From a virus, in IMG/VR virus record IMGVR_UViG_3300031992_000005, positions 32,001 through 96,000 of that record: a DNA stretch of 64,000 nucleotides, one strand, 5' to 3'. Shown one piece after another: positions 35,662 through 44,631 of this stretch. The position numbers and the translations under genes are program-made. Each line of letters starts with the position of its first letter. Within the stretch, counting starts at the first letter, position 1. The notes beneath the pieces are model-generated. The model saw only the letters and a program-made list of their open reading frames with translations, searched no databases and was not told the origin of the DNA.

Positions 35662-36190
35662 ATAAGGATAAGATATAGTTAAGGAAACTTAACAAGAGGA
35701 AAAATAATTAACCTGCATAGGATAATTATCTATTACTCATATCTTCTCCTTAGAAGCATAATCTAATTAAACATAAAACCTGAAATTTATATTATGACAC
35801 AAAACAACAGTATACTATAATCCGAAATCGGACGAACCGGGGTCTTACTACGGAGTGCTTCTTCAAGGGGAGTGTAGTAAGTGAAGAGTCCCAGGATAAA
35901 ACCGCTTGGGTGGAGTGATAAAAAATGGCTCTTATAGTATACGATGACACAATAACATCGCACAACAAAACTTAGTTCAAGTGGGCCAGAACAGCTTGAT
36001 ATTAACTATCAAGGAGAAACCTGTTGGAATCAGGTAGAGGAGTTGTGCTTTTAGTTGGTTGGATTATCACAAAATTAAAAAAAAAATAGGACGAAACAAT
36101 AATCTGTAAAATAGCTAGTGGTACTTTAGGTAACGCTACCTATAACCAACACCATGAAGATCAAGCTGCATAGTTTGATCATTTTTTTTA
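35662..36190 (+). ncRNA. candidate ~0.5 kb structured non-coding RNA (class unknown)
   Basis: No ORF longer than about 10 codons, with a promoter-like box upstream and a terminator at the 3' end. GC is raised in the core. Nested and long-range perfect helices: 35810-35820/35932-35942 (11 bp), 35844-35851/35874-35881 (8 bp), 35915-35921/36064-36070 (7 bp). Local hairpins at 35678-35693 (GAAA loop), 35995-36013 and 36127-36142. Confidence 0.45.
36159..36190 (+). terminator. intrinsic terminator
   Basis: GATCAAG ... TTTGATC hairpin followed by ATTTTTTTT. Confidence 0.6.
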
Positions 36191-36203
36191 TTCTCTTTTT
36201 TCA

Positions 36204-36230
36204 TCCACTTAAGTCCTTATTTTTGTATTA
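36204..36230 (+). promoter_or_regulatory. promoter-like motif with TAnnTTTG box
   Basis: TCCACTTAAGTCCTTATTTTTGTATTA, where TATTTTTG fits TAnnTTTG, about 20 nt upstream of the ATG at 36248. Confidence 0.45.
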
Positions 36231-36247
36231 TAAAATAAAAAAATATT

Positions 36248-36727
36248 ATGAACAATAGAAATTATTTAGGATTCTTAAAAGAAAAACAGCAATTGTTTAA
36301 TAGAATTGGAATCAAGTGTAAAAGTTTAGATGAACAAGTTTACAAGCTTGAACAAAATGAAAAAGATCTAAGTATTCTTGTAGAAGATCTCAGCGAAAGA
36401 GTTCCATTCAGGCCATTAGTGAAATGTGGAGTAGTAGGTTACCCATTCATCTTAGTGGGAATTGATGTAACTCATGAGAATGTTGCAGTACAGTTGATAA
36501 ATACTTTCAACCATATAAAATTTGAAACAACAATCGATAAGGTAAGACTGTACTTGAGATCTCTAGAGAATATGACAGAGGAAGAAAAACTGGAGGAAGA
36601 AAGACTCCATGATCCTCGAATCTGTATCTCTGAATTAATAACATTCTATAAGAAGAATAACCTCGATTATAGAGGCCTTATCCCAAGAGGTCTTGCAATC
36701 GAACAAATCCCAGAAAACCATGAATAA
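36248..36727 (+). CDS. family A small protein, diverged outlying copy
   Basis: Central LYLRSLENMTEEEK and C-terminal LDYRGLIPRGLAIE match the anchors of the 45-55 kb array. Confidence 0.7.
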   Translation: MNNRNYLGFLKEKQQLFNRIGIKCKSLDEQVYKLEQNEKDLSILVEDLSERVPFRPLVKCGVVGYPFILVGIDVTHENVAVQLINTFNHIKFETTIDKVRLYLRSLENMTEEEKLEEERLHDPRICISELITFYKKNNLDYRGLIPRGLAIEQIPENHE

Positions 36728-36845
36728 GTTATTACAACAACTTTGCGAGGAATTACCTAATTATTCTACAGGTAAAGACGGTAAGCCTTACTTAAGGCCA
36801 TTAACTAACATGACCGAAGAAGAATTAAGGACATTTCGAATTTAA
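36720..36845 (+). pseudogene. truncated family A copy (41 codons: N-terminal and central anchors only)
   Basis: Hand translation gives MNKLLQQLCEELPNYSTGKDGKPYLRPLTNMTEEELRTFRI-stop. It lacks the whole C-terminal anchor. Confidence 0.6.
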
Positions 36846-36848
36846 GTG

Positions 36849-37082
36849 ATGACTCTTGTAAAAAAATTAGGAGAAAAGTTATATAACTGGACAAATAAAA
36901 ACCTACACTTCCTAATTGGTATTGCAATAATAGGAATTGTCTGTTCTATTATTGGACACTATGGAACAATGGGATTTGATCTCAGGTGGTTTTTTGGATT
37001 TGAATTACCATTATACCTATTTCTCCTTTGGGCTATTTTTAAAATAATGAAAATTTTTAAAAATAATGGATCAAAAAGATAA
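36849..37082 (+). CDS. small two-TM membrane protein (77 aa)
   Basis: Hydrophobic helices FLIGIAIIGIVCSIIG and LPLYLFLLWAIFKIM. ATG at 36849. Confidence 0.55.
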   Translation: MTLVKKLGEKLYNWTNKNLHFLIGIAIIGIVCSIIGHYGTMGFDLRWFFGFELPLYLFLLWAIFKIMKIFKNNGSKR

Positions 37083-37527
37083 GGAAAAATTAATTCAGAT
37101 TATTTGTGCAATGTTTCCCTACGGTTTAAACTGCTACTACACAATAGATGAAAAGTGGCATAGTATTACCGGAGTAGAAAATGATGCGGTGAGGTTATTG
37201 GGATCTAACGGTCGTCATGAATTTGTTGAAAAGTGGGAAGGAGATCTAGATACAATCAAGATCGGACTTCGACCACTATCTACAATGACCGAAAAAGAGA
37301 AGGAAGAACTATATACAGATCCAGATACTGATTATCTTTGTCGTGCAACAGTAATTGTTCCAGAAAATGAAGAAATTTATTTTAGGTTTGTTGATACCAA
37401 AATCGAATTTCTTTATAAAAACGTTACATTCTTCTTTAAGAAGAAATTTGATATATTGGGTCTAATAGAACAAGGTTTAGCAAAAGAGTATAACTATGAT
37501 AATGATAAATCCTTGGGCAGGATATGA
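37066..37527 (+). CDS. family A small protein, diverged outlying copy
   Basis: KLIQIICAMFPYGLNC, IGLRPLSTMTEKEKEEL and FDILGLIEQGLAKE are collinear with the array anchors. Confidence 0.7.
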   Translation: MDQKDKEKLIQIICAMFPYGLNCYYTIDEKWHSITGVENDAVRLLGSNGRHEFVEKWEGDLDTIKIGLRPLSTMTEKEKEELYTDPDTDYLCRATVIVPENEEIYFRFVDTKIEFLYKNVTFFFKKKFDILGLIEQGLAKEYNYDNDKSLGRI

Positions 37528-37804
37528 TCCAGATGATATACCTGACCTAAATCCTCATAGTAAAGAGGAGGAATATGGATGTATTGCAGGAATTATAGCA
37601 TTCTGTTTATCTTCTGCTATATTCATTGCACTTCAGGCAGTGATATTGAAGCTTAAATTAAGCGACACCATAGATACAAACATGCATATGGCCCTCATCT
37701 TAGTAAATATAATCATTTTTGTGATTATAACAATATGTTTTATGAAGCTGTCTTTTAAGATAGCTGATTATCTCTATGATAGAAATAAAAAGAAAAAATT
37801 ATGA
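37496..37804 (+). CDS. small membrane protein (102 aa)
   Basis: Two TM helices and a basic C-terminus, with an ATGA overlap to the next gene. Confidence 0.5.
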   Translation: MIMINPWAGYDPDDIPDLNPHSKEEEYGCIAGIIAFCLSSAIFIALQAVILKLKLSDTIDTNMHMALILVNIIIFVIITICFMKLSFKIADYLYDRNKKKKL

Positions 37805-39840
37805 AAACAATAGAAGAAAAAGCAAAAGCTTATGATGAGTTCTTAAAAAGAGCAAAAGAACTATACAACAAAGACCACTATAAATCCGAAGACCTCAAAT
37901 ATATCTTTGGAGATGACCTGAAAGAAGAAAATGATGGGAAAAATTTAATAGAAACCCTCATTAACTTCTTCACTTCTTATAAGATCGAAAAAGTTGGAGA
38001 ATTTACAAGTGATCAGATAGTGGGCTGGCTGAAAAAGCAGCTTGAGAGACCAAAATATGAGTGGAGTGGGAAAATCACGTCCCGTAAAGCAAAAGGAAAG
38101 TTAAGTGCATTACTGAAAGATCTTGAGTCTCGGAAAAAGATCGACAATAGACCAATCTTTAGAATTGGCGATACACTCAAGAAAAAAGGAAAAGACTATA
38201 CTTTCACCGTTGATAGAATACAGGGCGGATATTATCACTGTGATCGCAATAATGGTGCCTTCTTTCCTATAGAGGAACAGTATGATTGGGAACTTATTGA
38301 TGATGGGAAAATATCCCCAAAATTTAAGGCCGGGGATTGGATCGTTTCACCAAATAATTTAGTTTTCAAAATTACTCATGCAAGTTCGCATAGCTACACA
38401 CTACATCTATATAACGATGATTATAGGATATTTGAAACTGAAAGTTGGCATATAGATAAAGAATATCACCTCTGGACTATTGCTGATGCAAAGCCCGGCG
38501 ATGTCCTTTACCATTCAGACAGTGCAAGCCACGGGATTTTCATCTTCAAGGGAATCCTCCAAATGGGGTTTAGTGAGAAGGTCACGTGCTATTGCGACTA
38601 TGATTCGGAAGATGGCTTCTGTATTGGTGAAAACCACACCTGTTGCTGGACAGACAGCAAGATTCTACATCCAGCAACCAAAGAACAGCAAAAAATTTTA
38701 TTCCAAAAAATGAAAGAAGCTGGGTGGACTTGGGATGATGAGAAGAAAGAGCTTGAACAGAAGTCTATAGATGAGGCTGAGTCGGAATTTAAGATTGGCG
38801 ACTGGATTACATTCTATGGATATAAGCCACTTAAAATACTTAAAATTGAACCAGAACAAAGTGGTATTTTGGATTATCTTTTATTAAACTTAAGTGGTCA
38901 TGACACTTATTATAATAAAAGACAAGTTGATAAAAAAGCAAGACTGTGGACAATAGAAGATGCCAAGGATGGTGATGTCCTTGCATCACACGAATGTTAC
39001 GTGAGATTCAAAGAAATTGATGGACCCAACATTAGGTGTTACTGCACGTATCATTATATGAATGATCCGAGTTTTAGTATAAATACCCTGCACAACAAGA
39101 GTGCCTTTCATCCAGCCACTAAAGAGGAATGTGAACTTTTATTCCAAAAAGCGAAAGAGGAAGGATATGAATGGGATAAAGAGCATAAGAATAGTGAAAC
39201 AGAAAATGAGACTGTTGAAAAGTTCATAGTTGGAAAATGGTATTTATGCATAAAGGATTTCTTTGGCAAGGGTGTTCGTTTCGATAAAGGGATTGCATAT
39301 TATTGCGCAAAAGAAGGATGTCTGCAATGTGAATATGGATGTCATATAGCGATCGTCAAAGATCTGTATGATTATTTCAAATTGTGGACAATCCAAGATG
39401 CCAAGGATGGAGATGTCCTTGTATCTACATGGAAAGGGAATCAATACATCTATATATTTAAAAATATAGAACATGATGCCATTATATCATACATCTATTA
39501 TTGTCCTAAATTTGACGAAGTGGATATAGATGCTGCTATCAATATGGATAACATCCCAACAGTTCCTGCAACAAAAGAACAACAGGAGTTGCTTTTCTCA
39601 AAAATAAAGGAAGAAGGTTACAAGTGGGATGATACTAAAAAATTAGAGGTAGATACGAACCAAAATAGTTCGTCCATTACTGAACAGAATCTTACTTGGA
39701 GTGAGGAAGATGAAGTTATGTGCCAGGAAACTATAGATTGGTTTGAACAGAAGTGTTTTCCTTATGCTTCAGAAGAAGAAAATCCTGCAAAGAAAAGTAT
39801 TCAGTGGCTCAAATCACTAAAACAAAAAATGGGAAAGTGA
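37801..39840 (+). CDS. family B large repeat protein (679 aa; three ~130-aa modules)
   Basis: The internal module occurs three times: F.IGDW... then [HRK]LWTI.DAK.GDVL... then [HV]PATKE[QE]...LF.K.KE.G[YW].WD. There is one WLKKQ element near the N-terminus. Confidence 0.75.
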   Translation: MKTIEEKAKAYDEFLKRAKELYNKDHYKSEDLKYIFGDDLKEENDGKNLIETLINFFTSYKIEKVGEFTSDQIVGWLKKQLERPKYEWSGKITSRKAKGKLSALLKDLESRKKIDNRPIFRIGDTLKKKGKDYTFTVDRIQGGYYHCDRNNGAFFPIEEQYDWELIDDGKISPKFKAGDWIVSPNNLVFKITHASSHSYTLHLYNDDYRIFETESWHIDKEYHLWTIADAKPGDVLYHSDSASHGIFIFKGILQMGFSEKVTCYCDYDSEDGFCIGENHTCCWTDSKILHPATKEQQKILFQKMKEAGWTWDDEKKELEQKSIDEAESEFKIGDWITFYGYKPLKILKIEPEQSGILDYLLLNLSGHDTYYNKRQVDKKARLWTIEDAKDGDVLASHECYVRFKEIDGPNIRCYCTYHYMNDPSFSINTLHNKSAFHPATKEECELLFQKAKEEGYEWDKEHKNSETENETVEKFIVGKWYLCIKDFFGKGVRFDKGIAYYCAKEGCLQCEYGCHIAIVKDLYDYFKLWTIQDAKDGDVLVSTWKGNQYIYIFKNIEHDAIISYIYYCPKFDEVDIDAAINMDNIPTVPATKEQQELLFSKIKEEGYKWDDTKKLEVDTNQNSSSITEQNLTWSEEDEVMCQETIDWFEQKCFPYASEEENPAKKSIQWLKSLKQKMGK

Positions 39841-39844
39841 AATT

Positions 39845-40072
39845 ATGGAAACACCAGAGAAGATCTATATTCGTGTCAAAAACGGTAAAGTACTTAACAC
39901 ATGGAATAGTATGTGGAAAGGCGTTAATGACGTTGAGTACTTACGCAAGGATGCTTTTATGGAAAAAGTTTATAAATGTATTAAAGAGAACTTTCCGGAA
40001 ACAGACTCCCGTTTTGATGAAGATTTTACCGAAAAGTTAATCAGTTCTTTCCGTAAAGTAGTAGAAGAATAA
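39845..40072 (+). CDS. hypothetical protein (75 aa)
   Basis: Intact ORF packed between its neighbours. Confidence 0.5.
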   Translation: METPEKIYIRVKNGKVLNTWNSMWKGVNDVEYLRKDAFMEKVYKCIKENFPETDSRFDEDFTEKLISSFRKVVEE

Positions 40073-40074
40073 TT

Positions 40075-40242
40075 ATGAAAGTAATTAAACAAAGGAATGA
40101 AAAAGAAGTTTCCTGTCCAAAATGTAAAACTACTTTTCTTTATGCACCACAAGACATATACCATACATCAGATTTAGACAATGAATGGTTTTATGCAGTG
40201 AAATGCCCGGAGTGTGGAAAGGAAATACAAATCAGAATATAA
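40075..40242 (+). CDS. zinc-ribbon miniprotein (55 aa, below ORF-track cutoff)
   Basis: Hand translation gives MKVIKQRNEKEVSCPKCKTTFLYAPQDIYHTSDLDNEWFYAVKCPECGKEIQIRI, with CPKC...CPEC. Confidence 0.5.
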   Translation: MKVIKQRNEKEVSCPKCKTTFLYAPQDIYHTSDLDNEWFYAVKCPECGKEIQIRI

Positions 40243-40250
40243 ATTATAAA

Positions 40251-40418
40251 ATGGATATAGAGAATTTTAAATTAGTTATATGCGCTATTGCTCTTATAGC
40301 ATACGCCGCTTTAGTAGAATGTGGTGTCAAAAAAGCTAAAAGCAAAAAACTCAGAATATACCATATTGTTGAGTTAATTGGTATTTTGATAATATACTAT
40401 TTTCGTAGTAAAAATTAA
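40251..40418 (+). CDS. small membrane protein (55 aa; start refined)
   Basis: The track ORF from 40185 overlaps the zinc-ribbon ORF. The in-frame ATG at 40251 gives MDIENFKLVICAIALIAYAALVE..., with two hydrophobic helices. Confidence 0.45.
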   Translation: MDIENFKLVICAIALIAYAALVECGVKKAKSKKLRIYHIVELIGILIIYYFRSKN

Positions 40419-40431
40419 ATAATTAATAGTT

Positions 40432-40557
40432 ATGGAACCAAAAGAAAAAATCACATTGCCTCAATGGTTCTACGAAAAGTCAACCGAATTGAGGATAGAG
40501 TTTGACAGAAAGATGGACTATCTTATGGCAAAATTATATAACCTTGATAACAATTAA
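40432..40557 (+). CDS. hypothetical miniprotein (41 aa)
   Basis: Hand-translated intact ORF that fills an otherwise empty gap. Weak evidence. Confidence 0.3.
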   Translation: MEPKEKITLPQWFYEKSTELRIEFDRKMDYLMAKLYNLDNN

Positions 40558-40561
40558 AAAT

Positions 40562-40735
40562 ATGATGCCTATGTTTCCACACCAACGACAACTAGTTAGA
40601 GCTCTTAGAACACTTATACCTCCTAATTGTGGGGATGGTAAGAAAATCGAAATAGTCAGTGTTTATGACCAAAGACCAGATGACTGGAATAGACCTGATT
40701 ATTTAAATTATGAGCACCTAAAACAATCAAAATAA
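40562..40735 (+). CDS. hypothetical miniprotein (57 aa; start refined)
   Basis: The in-frame ATG at 40562 (MMPMFPHQRQ...) avoids overlap with the 40432 ORF. Confidence 0.4.
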   Translation: MMPMFPHQRQLVRALRTLIPPNCGDGKKIEIVSVYDQRPDDWNRPDYLNYEHLKQSK

Positions 40736-40746
40736 AAAGTATAGTT

Positions 40747-41085
40747 ATGGAAAAGAACTGTGAAATTAAAATTGAGAATGATGGTTTTGTGTATAACAAC
40801 GTACAATATAAATGTGCGCGTGCAATTAAAAGGGATAAAAAGATAATCCTTCAGCAAGCGGTATCGCACAAGAAAGAATTTGACGAGCTATATGATAGAA
40901 ATACACTGCGAGCAGATTCTGTACGTCTCACCTTCAATGAGAAGAACGAACCTATATTCGGGATGGTATTATATATCATCAACTATAAAGAAGGGCGACA
41001 TGGGCGATATGCTTGTGGAGAGTATTATCCAATCTCCTCGAAAACATTGGAACCTCACATTTATCAGGGAAGTATTTGTTGGTAA
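40747..41085 (+). CDS. hypothetical protein (112 aa)
   Basis: Intact ORF. No motif recognised. Confidence 0.55.
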   Translation: MEKNCEIKIENDGFVYNNVQYKCARAIKRDKKIILQQAVSHKKEFDELYDRNTLRADSVRLTFNEKNEPIFGMVLYIINYKEGRHGRYACGEYYPISSKTLEPHIYQGSICW

Positions 41086-41105
41086 TAATAAATAAAAAGA
41101 CAGTT

Positions 41106-41993
41106 ATGAAGAAGAAAACAGATTTTTCTCTTGGAACACTCAACAGTGAGCTCCAAGAACAAGAGATCCAGGTACCGGACGGATATGAAGCGAGTATTGA
41201 AGGTGGAAAAATCATCTTTCGCAAGTCGGAAAGTGAAGACGAGAAGATAAGGAAGATATTAGTTGGATTTTTCAAAGGTTATAAAGAGGAAGGCACTATA
41301 GGGGCTGAAACATTTAACGGAATACCAACTGATAATATTCTTGCTTGGCTTGAGAAGCAAAGTAAGTGCAATCCTTGTAGTGGAACATCATTTGAATATA
41401 ATGGTCATACCTGGGGAATGTGCGCAAGAGATAATGGAGTTGAAATTATCCTTGATGGTGAACTTAAGGCATTTCTTTCACCAAAGAGATCCTTTATTTA
41501 TCCTATTCACCTTCAGCCATCTATCGAATCTATACCTACACAAAAACCCACCAATGAAACAAAGATTAAATCAAGGTTTCATGAAGGCGATTGGATTGTT
41601 TTCAATGGATTTACTCTACTTATTGAAGAGGTTGTCCAAGGATATTATAGAACAGTCTCTATTAATGGTATTCATAATAGTTACGATTGGGATATAGATA
41701 ATTTAGCAAGATTATGGACCATCCAAGATGCTAAGGATGGTGACATACTTACGTGTTATAGTACCAAAAAAGGTGAACCAATCATGCAAACCGGTATATT
41801 TAAGCAATATATGGCAAATAACTGCTTTTTGGCATATATAGGCATTGATTGGGATGGTAATCTCAAAACAGACTTTTATATGGGCAATACTTTGATGGGT
41901 AGTACTATAGGCAATACTGATATATTTCCTTCCACTAAAGAACAACGCGACTATTTTCTCGCTGAGACAAGTAAGGCAGGGTTTAAAGTGTGA
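41106..41993 (+). CDS. family B repeat protein (295 aa; one module)
   Basis: EDEKIRKILVGFF plus ILAWLEKQ, then FHEGDWIVF ... RLWTIQDAKDGDIL ... PSTKEQRDYF. ATG at 41106 (MKKKTDF). Confidence 0.7.
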   Translation: MKKKTDFSLGTLNSELQEQEIQVPDGYEASIEGGKIIFRKSESEDEKIRKILVGFFKGYKEEGTIGAETFNGIPTDNILAWLEKQSKCNPCSGTSFEYNGHTWGMCARDNGVEIILDGELKAFLSPKRSFIYPIHLQPSIESIPTQKPTNETKIKSRFHEGDWIVFNGFTLLIEEVVQGYYRTVSINGIHNSYDWDIDNLARLWTIQDAKDGDILTCYSTKKGEPIMQTGIFKQYMANNCFLAYIGIDWDGNLKTDFYMGNTLMGSTIGNTDIFPSTKEQRDYFLAETSKAGFKV

Positions 41994-42030
41994 GATAAAA
42001 TTTTTGTTATAATTCTTAAATAAAAAAGTT

Positions 42031-44142
42031 ATGATCAACTCTGAAATTATACTAGAGAACATAGTAAAAATCGTAAAAGATGAGAAAAACAGTGATATTG
42101 GTTTTTCTAAAATCTATTCTTACTTATGTGAAAATTTCCCCGAACTCAAAGAGAACGAGGATAAGAAAATAAGAAAGGAATTGATTGATTTCTTGCAAGA
42201 AACCATTGACAATGTTGGTGAATATTCTCCCAATAATTGGGAAAACAAAGCTAAAAAATGGATTGCTTGGCTAGAAAAGCAGAGCAGACAGAAGGCTGTT
42301 GATTGTGAAAATACCCAACAGAAGGATATTGTTCAAGAACCAGAACCAGAGGATGAGAGAATAAGAAATTGGTGTATTTCACATTTTAAGGAATGTATTA
42401 GAGTCTCGAAAATTAACGTGGAATACCAAAAATATCTTAGTAACAAAGTAATCCCTTGGCTTGAGAAGCAAGGTGAACAAAAGAATCTTGCACAAAAACC
42501 AATAACAGGGGATGAGAGAATAAGAAAAGGTCTCATCCATGCGGTATCTGGAACATTGAAAGGTAACACTTTGTTCGGCACTGACGTAACAAGAGAAGAG
42601 GCGTTATCTTGGCTTGAAAAGCAAGGTAAAAATTCACAATGCAGATCAATCATAGAAGCGTGGAAAGATATGCGTTTAGAAGTGTATCAACAAGCGAGTG
42701 GTAATAGGCATGAGCCTAATTATTCTGATGACAGTACTAAGATGTTTTCGCTCAATGACATTGACGAAATAATTGAAAAGATAAACGAGCAAACAGAAAA
42801 GCAAGACTACGAATCTCAGGACATCACAGAATCAAAACCAGCAGTAGGAACTTTGGCTGATGAAATTAAGTTTCCCTTTAAAGCCAAGGTGAAAAAGAGC
42901 AATAAAATTATCGTAATTACAGGTGGACAATTAGACGATGCTCAACCAATAGAATCTCGCTCATACCTAGCATATACATCTGACATAACTGATGGATATA
43001 AGGTATATAAGCCAGAGGAATTAGAATTTATAAAACAACCTGGGTTCAAAGTAGGGGACTGGGTGGTAAATAAATTAGGTGATGCCTGGCATATAGATAG
43101 TTTCTATGGGGAAAACTATCAAGTTTCTAATGGAAAAGGAAACTTTAGTTACTTCCCAATATCCAAGCAAGATGAAATGCACCTCTGGACGATTCGAGAT
43201 GCAAAAGAAGGTGATGTGCTTGTAGATGCGTATGGAAACATAGGTATATATGAGAAATGTGATTATTCTGATTGGAGGTCTTATTGTTCTTTAGGGCATA
43301 ACGGAGGTTTTCAACATTTTAAAACAGAACACGAAAATGAAAAAACGTATCCAGCCACCAAAGAACAGCGTGATGCTCTTGAAAAGGCTATAACTAATGC
43401 AGGTTATTCATGGGATGGAGAGTTAAAGAAAAATACGAAGTTTAGTAAAGGGGATTGGATTTACCGAGGAACAGGAGATCCTTATTTTGTAGAATCAGTC
43501 TTTAACGAGCAATATGAATTGTGCTCGGGATTTGGGTATCATTTCAACAAGGGAACTGATGAAGTTGATAGCGATTACAGGCTCTGGAATATAAATGACG
43601 CCAAGCTTGGTGATATTCTTGCGGATGATGATAAAACAATCGCCCTTTATGAAGAACAATCCACAAAGACATTCTTTCACGTCCTTTGCTATTACTGTAA
43701 TAAGACATTTGTACCGAAAAAGGGTACACTTGCTGTCCTAGGTTTTCACCCAGCAACCAAAGAGCAAAGAGAATTTTTCAGTAATGAACTAAAAAAGTCA
43801 GGATATAACTTGGATTTAGAGAAAAAACAACTGGCTGATCAGCCTAAACTCACTAAGTTTGAGCAGTCCTTAAAGCACATTATTGAAGAAGCCTTAGATG
43901 ATGGAGATACACATAATCTTAAGGCTGATGCAGAACTACTTCTATCGGTAGCAAATCAGGATAGAGCTAAGATTGAGTTAACCATAGAAGAAGAAGATGC
44001 CCTCGACCAGGCTATTATATCACTTAATGATATGTTTGATGATAGTCAACCTGAAACTTGTTATGCAGGTCATCACGTACCCTTTGATGTAGCAGCTAAA
44101 TGTCTTAGTAGCTTAAAAGATAAGATTCTAAACAGTAAGTAA
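42031..44142 (+). CDS. family B large repeat protein (703 aa; three [DE]E[KR]IR-WLEKQ units plus two ~130-aa modules)
   Basis: ENEDKKIRKEL..WIAWLEKQ, EDERIRNW..VIPWLEKQ and GDERIRKGL..LSWLEKQ are followed by two modules carrying LWTIRDAKEGDVL/YPATKEQRDAL and LWNINDAKLGDIL/HPATKEQREFF. Confidence 0.75.
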   Translation: MINSEIILENIVKIVKDEKNSDIGFSKIYSYLCENFPELKENEDKKIRKELIDFLQETIDNVGEYSPNNWENKAKKWIAWLEKQSRQKAVDCENTQQKDIVQEPEPEDERIRNWCISHFKECIRVSKINVEYQKYLSNKVIPWLEKQGEQKNLAQKPITGDERIRKGLIHAVSGTLKGNTLFGTDVTREEALSWLEKQGKNSQCRSIIEAWKDMRLEVYQQASGNRHEPNYSDDSTKMFSLNDIDEIIEKINEQTEKQDYESQDITESKPAVGTLADEIKFPFKAKVKKSNKIIVITGGQLDDAQPIESRSYLAYTSDITDGYKVYKPEELEFIKQPGFKVGDWVVNKLGDAWHIDSFYGENYQVSNGKGNFSYFPISKQDEMHLWTIRDAKEGDVLVDAYGNIGIYEKCDYSDWRSYCSLGHNGGFQHFKTEHENEKTYPATKEQRDALEKAITNAGYSWDGELKKNTKFSKGDWIYRGTGDPYFVESVFNEQYELCSGFGYHFNKGTDEVDSDYRLWNINDAKLGDILADDDKTIALYEEQSTKTFFHVLCYYCNKTFVPKKGTLAVLGFHPATKEQREFFSNELKKSGYNLDLEKKQLADQPKLTKFEQSLKHIIEEALDDGDTHNLKADAELLLSVANQDRAKIELTIEEEDALDQAIISLNDMFDDSQPETCYAGHHVPFDVAAKCLSSLKDKILNSK

Positions 44143-44148
44143 ATTTAC

Positions 44149-44178
44149 TCCTCCCTTAACGGGGAGGGATTCTTTTTT
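44149..44178 (+). terminator. intrinsic terminator
   Basis: TCCTCCC-TTAACG-GGGAGGG hairpin followed by ATTCTTTTTT, just after the stop at 44142. Confidence 0.65.
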
Positions 44179-44187
44179 ATTACTCCA

Positions 44188-44215
44188 GGGCTTTCATTTC
44201 TTTATCTATGTAATG
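44188..44215 (+). promoter_or_regulatory. promoter-like motif heading the array operon
   Basis: GGGCTTTCATTTCTTTATCTATGTAATG, about 35 nt upstream of the ATG at 44251. Confidence 0.4.
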
Positions 44216-44250
44216 AAATTTATAGATACAAATTCTAAAAATATTATAAT

Positions 44251-44631
44251 ATGGATAAGATCGTTCAAGAAAGGTATTGCTCGCCTAAAGTAGCAAGATT
44301 ATTAGCAAGTAAAGGATTTGATGAACCTATTTGGACTCGTTATGAAGATAACAATGAGGTTATATTTGGTGATAAATATAATTGGAATAGTAGTCCAGTG
44401 GGACAAACATCTGCGCCAACTCAACAAATGGCTATAGACTGGTTAATAGTAAATCACGATATATACATAGAAGTATTTCCTTATTCCAAGGATGAGTATG
44501 CTTTTAGTATTAGTAAACTATTACCTAAAGACGTCGAAGGCTATCCATTACCTAATGAGGAAGAAAGTTATAAAGATATAAGAGTAGCTACAGATACTGC
44601 TCTTGAATATGTACTTGAAAACTTAATCTAA
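44251..44631 (+). CDS. hypothetical protein (126 aa)
   Basis: Intact ORF, first gene after the terminator/promoter pair. Confidence 0.55.
   Translation: MDKIVQERYCSPKVARLLASKGFDEPIWTRYEDNNEVIFGDKYNWNSSPVGQTSAPTQQMAIDWLIVNHDIYIEVFPYSKDEYAFSISKLLPKDVEGYPLPNEEESYKDIRVATDTALEYVLENLI

Noticed and set aside
36113-36160. tRNA-like fragment (TAGCTAGTGGTA resembling a D-arm) inside the candidate ncRNA, and GTTCAAGTG at about 35985 resembling a T-loop.
   Set aside because: No closing D-stem, only a 4-nt loop where an anticodon loop should be, no acceptor stem and no matching T-stem. I could fold no complete tRNA in this window.
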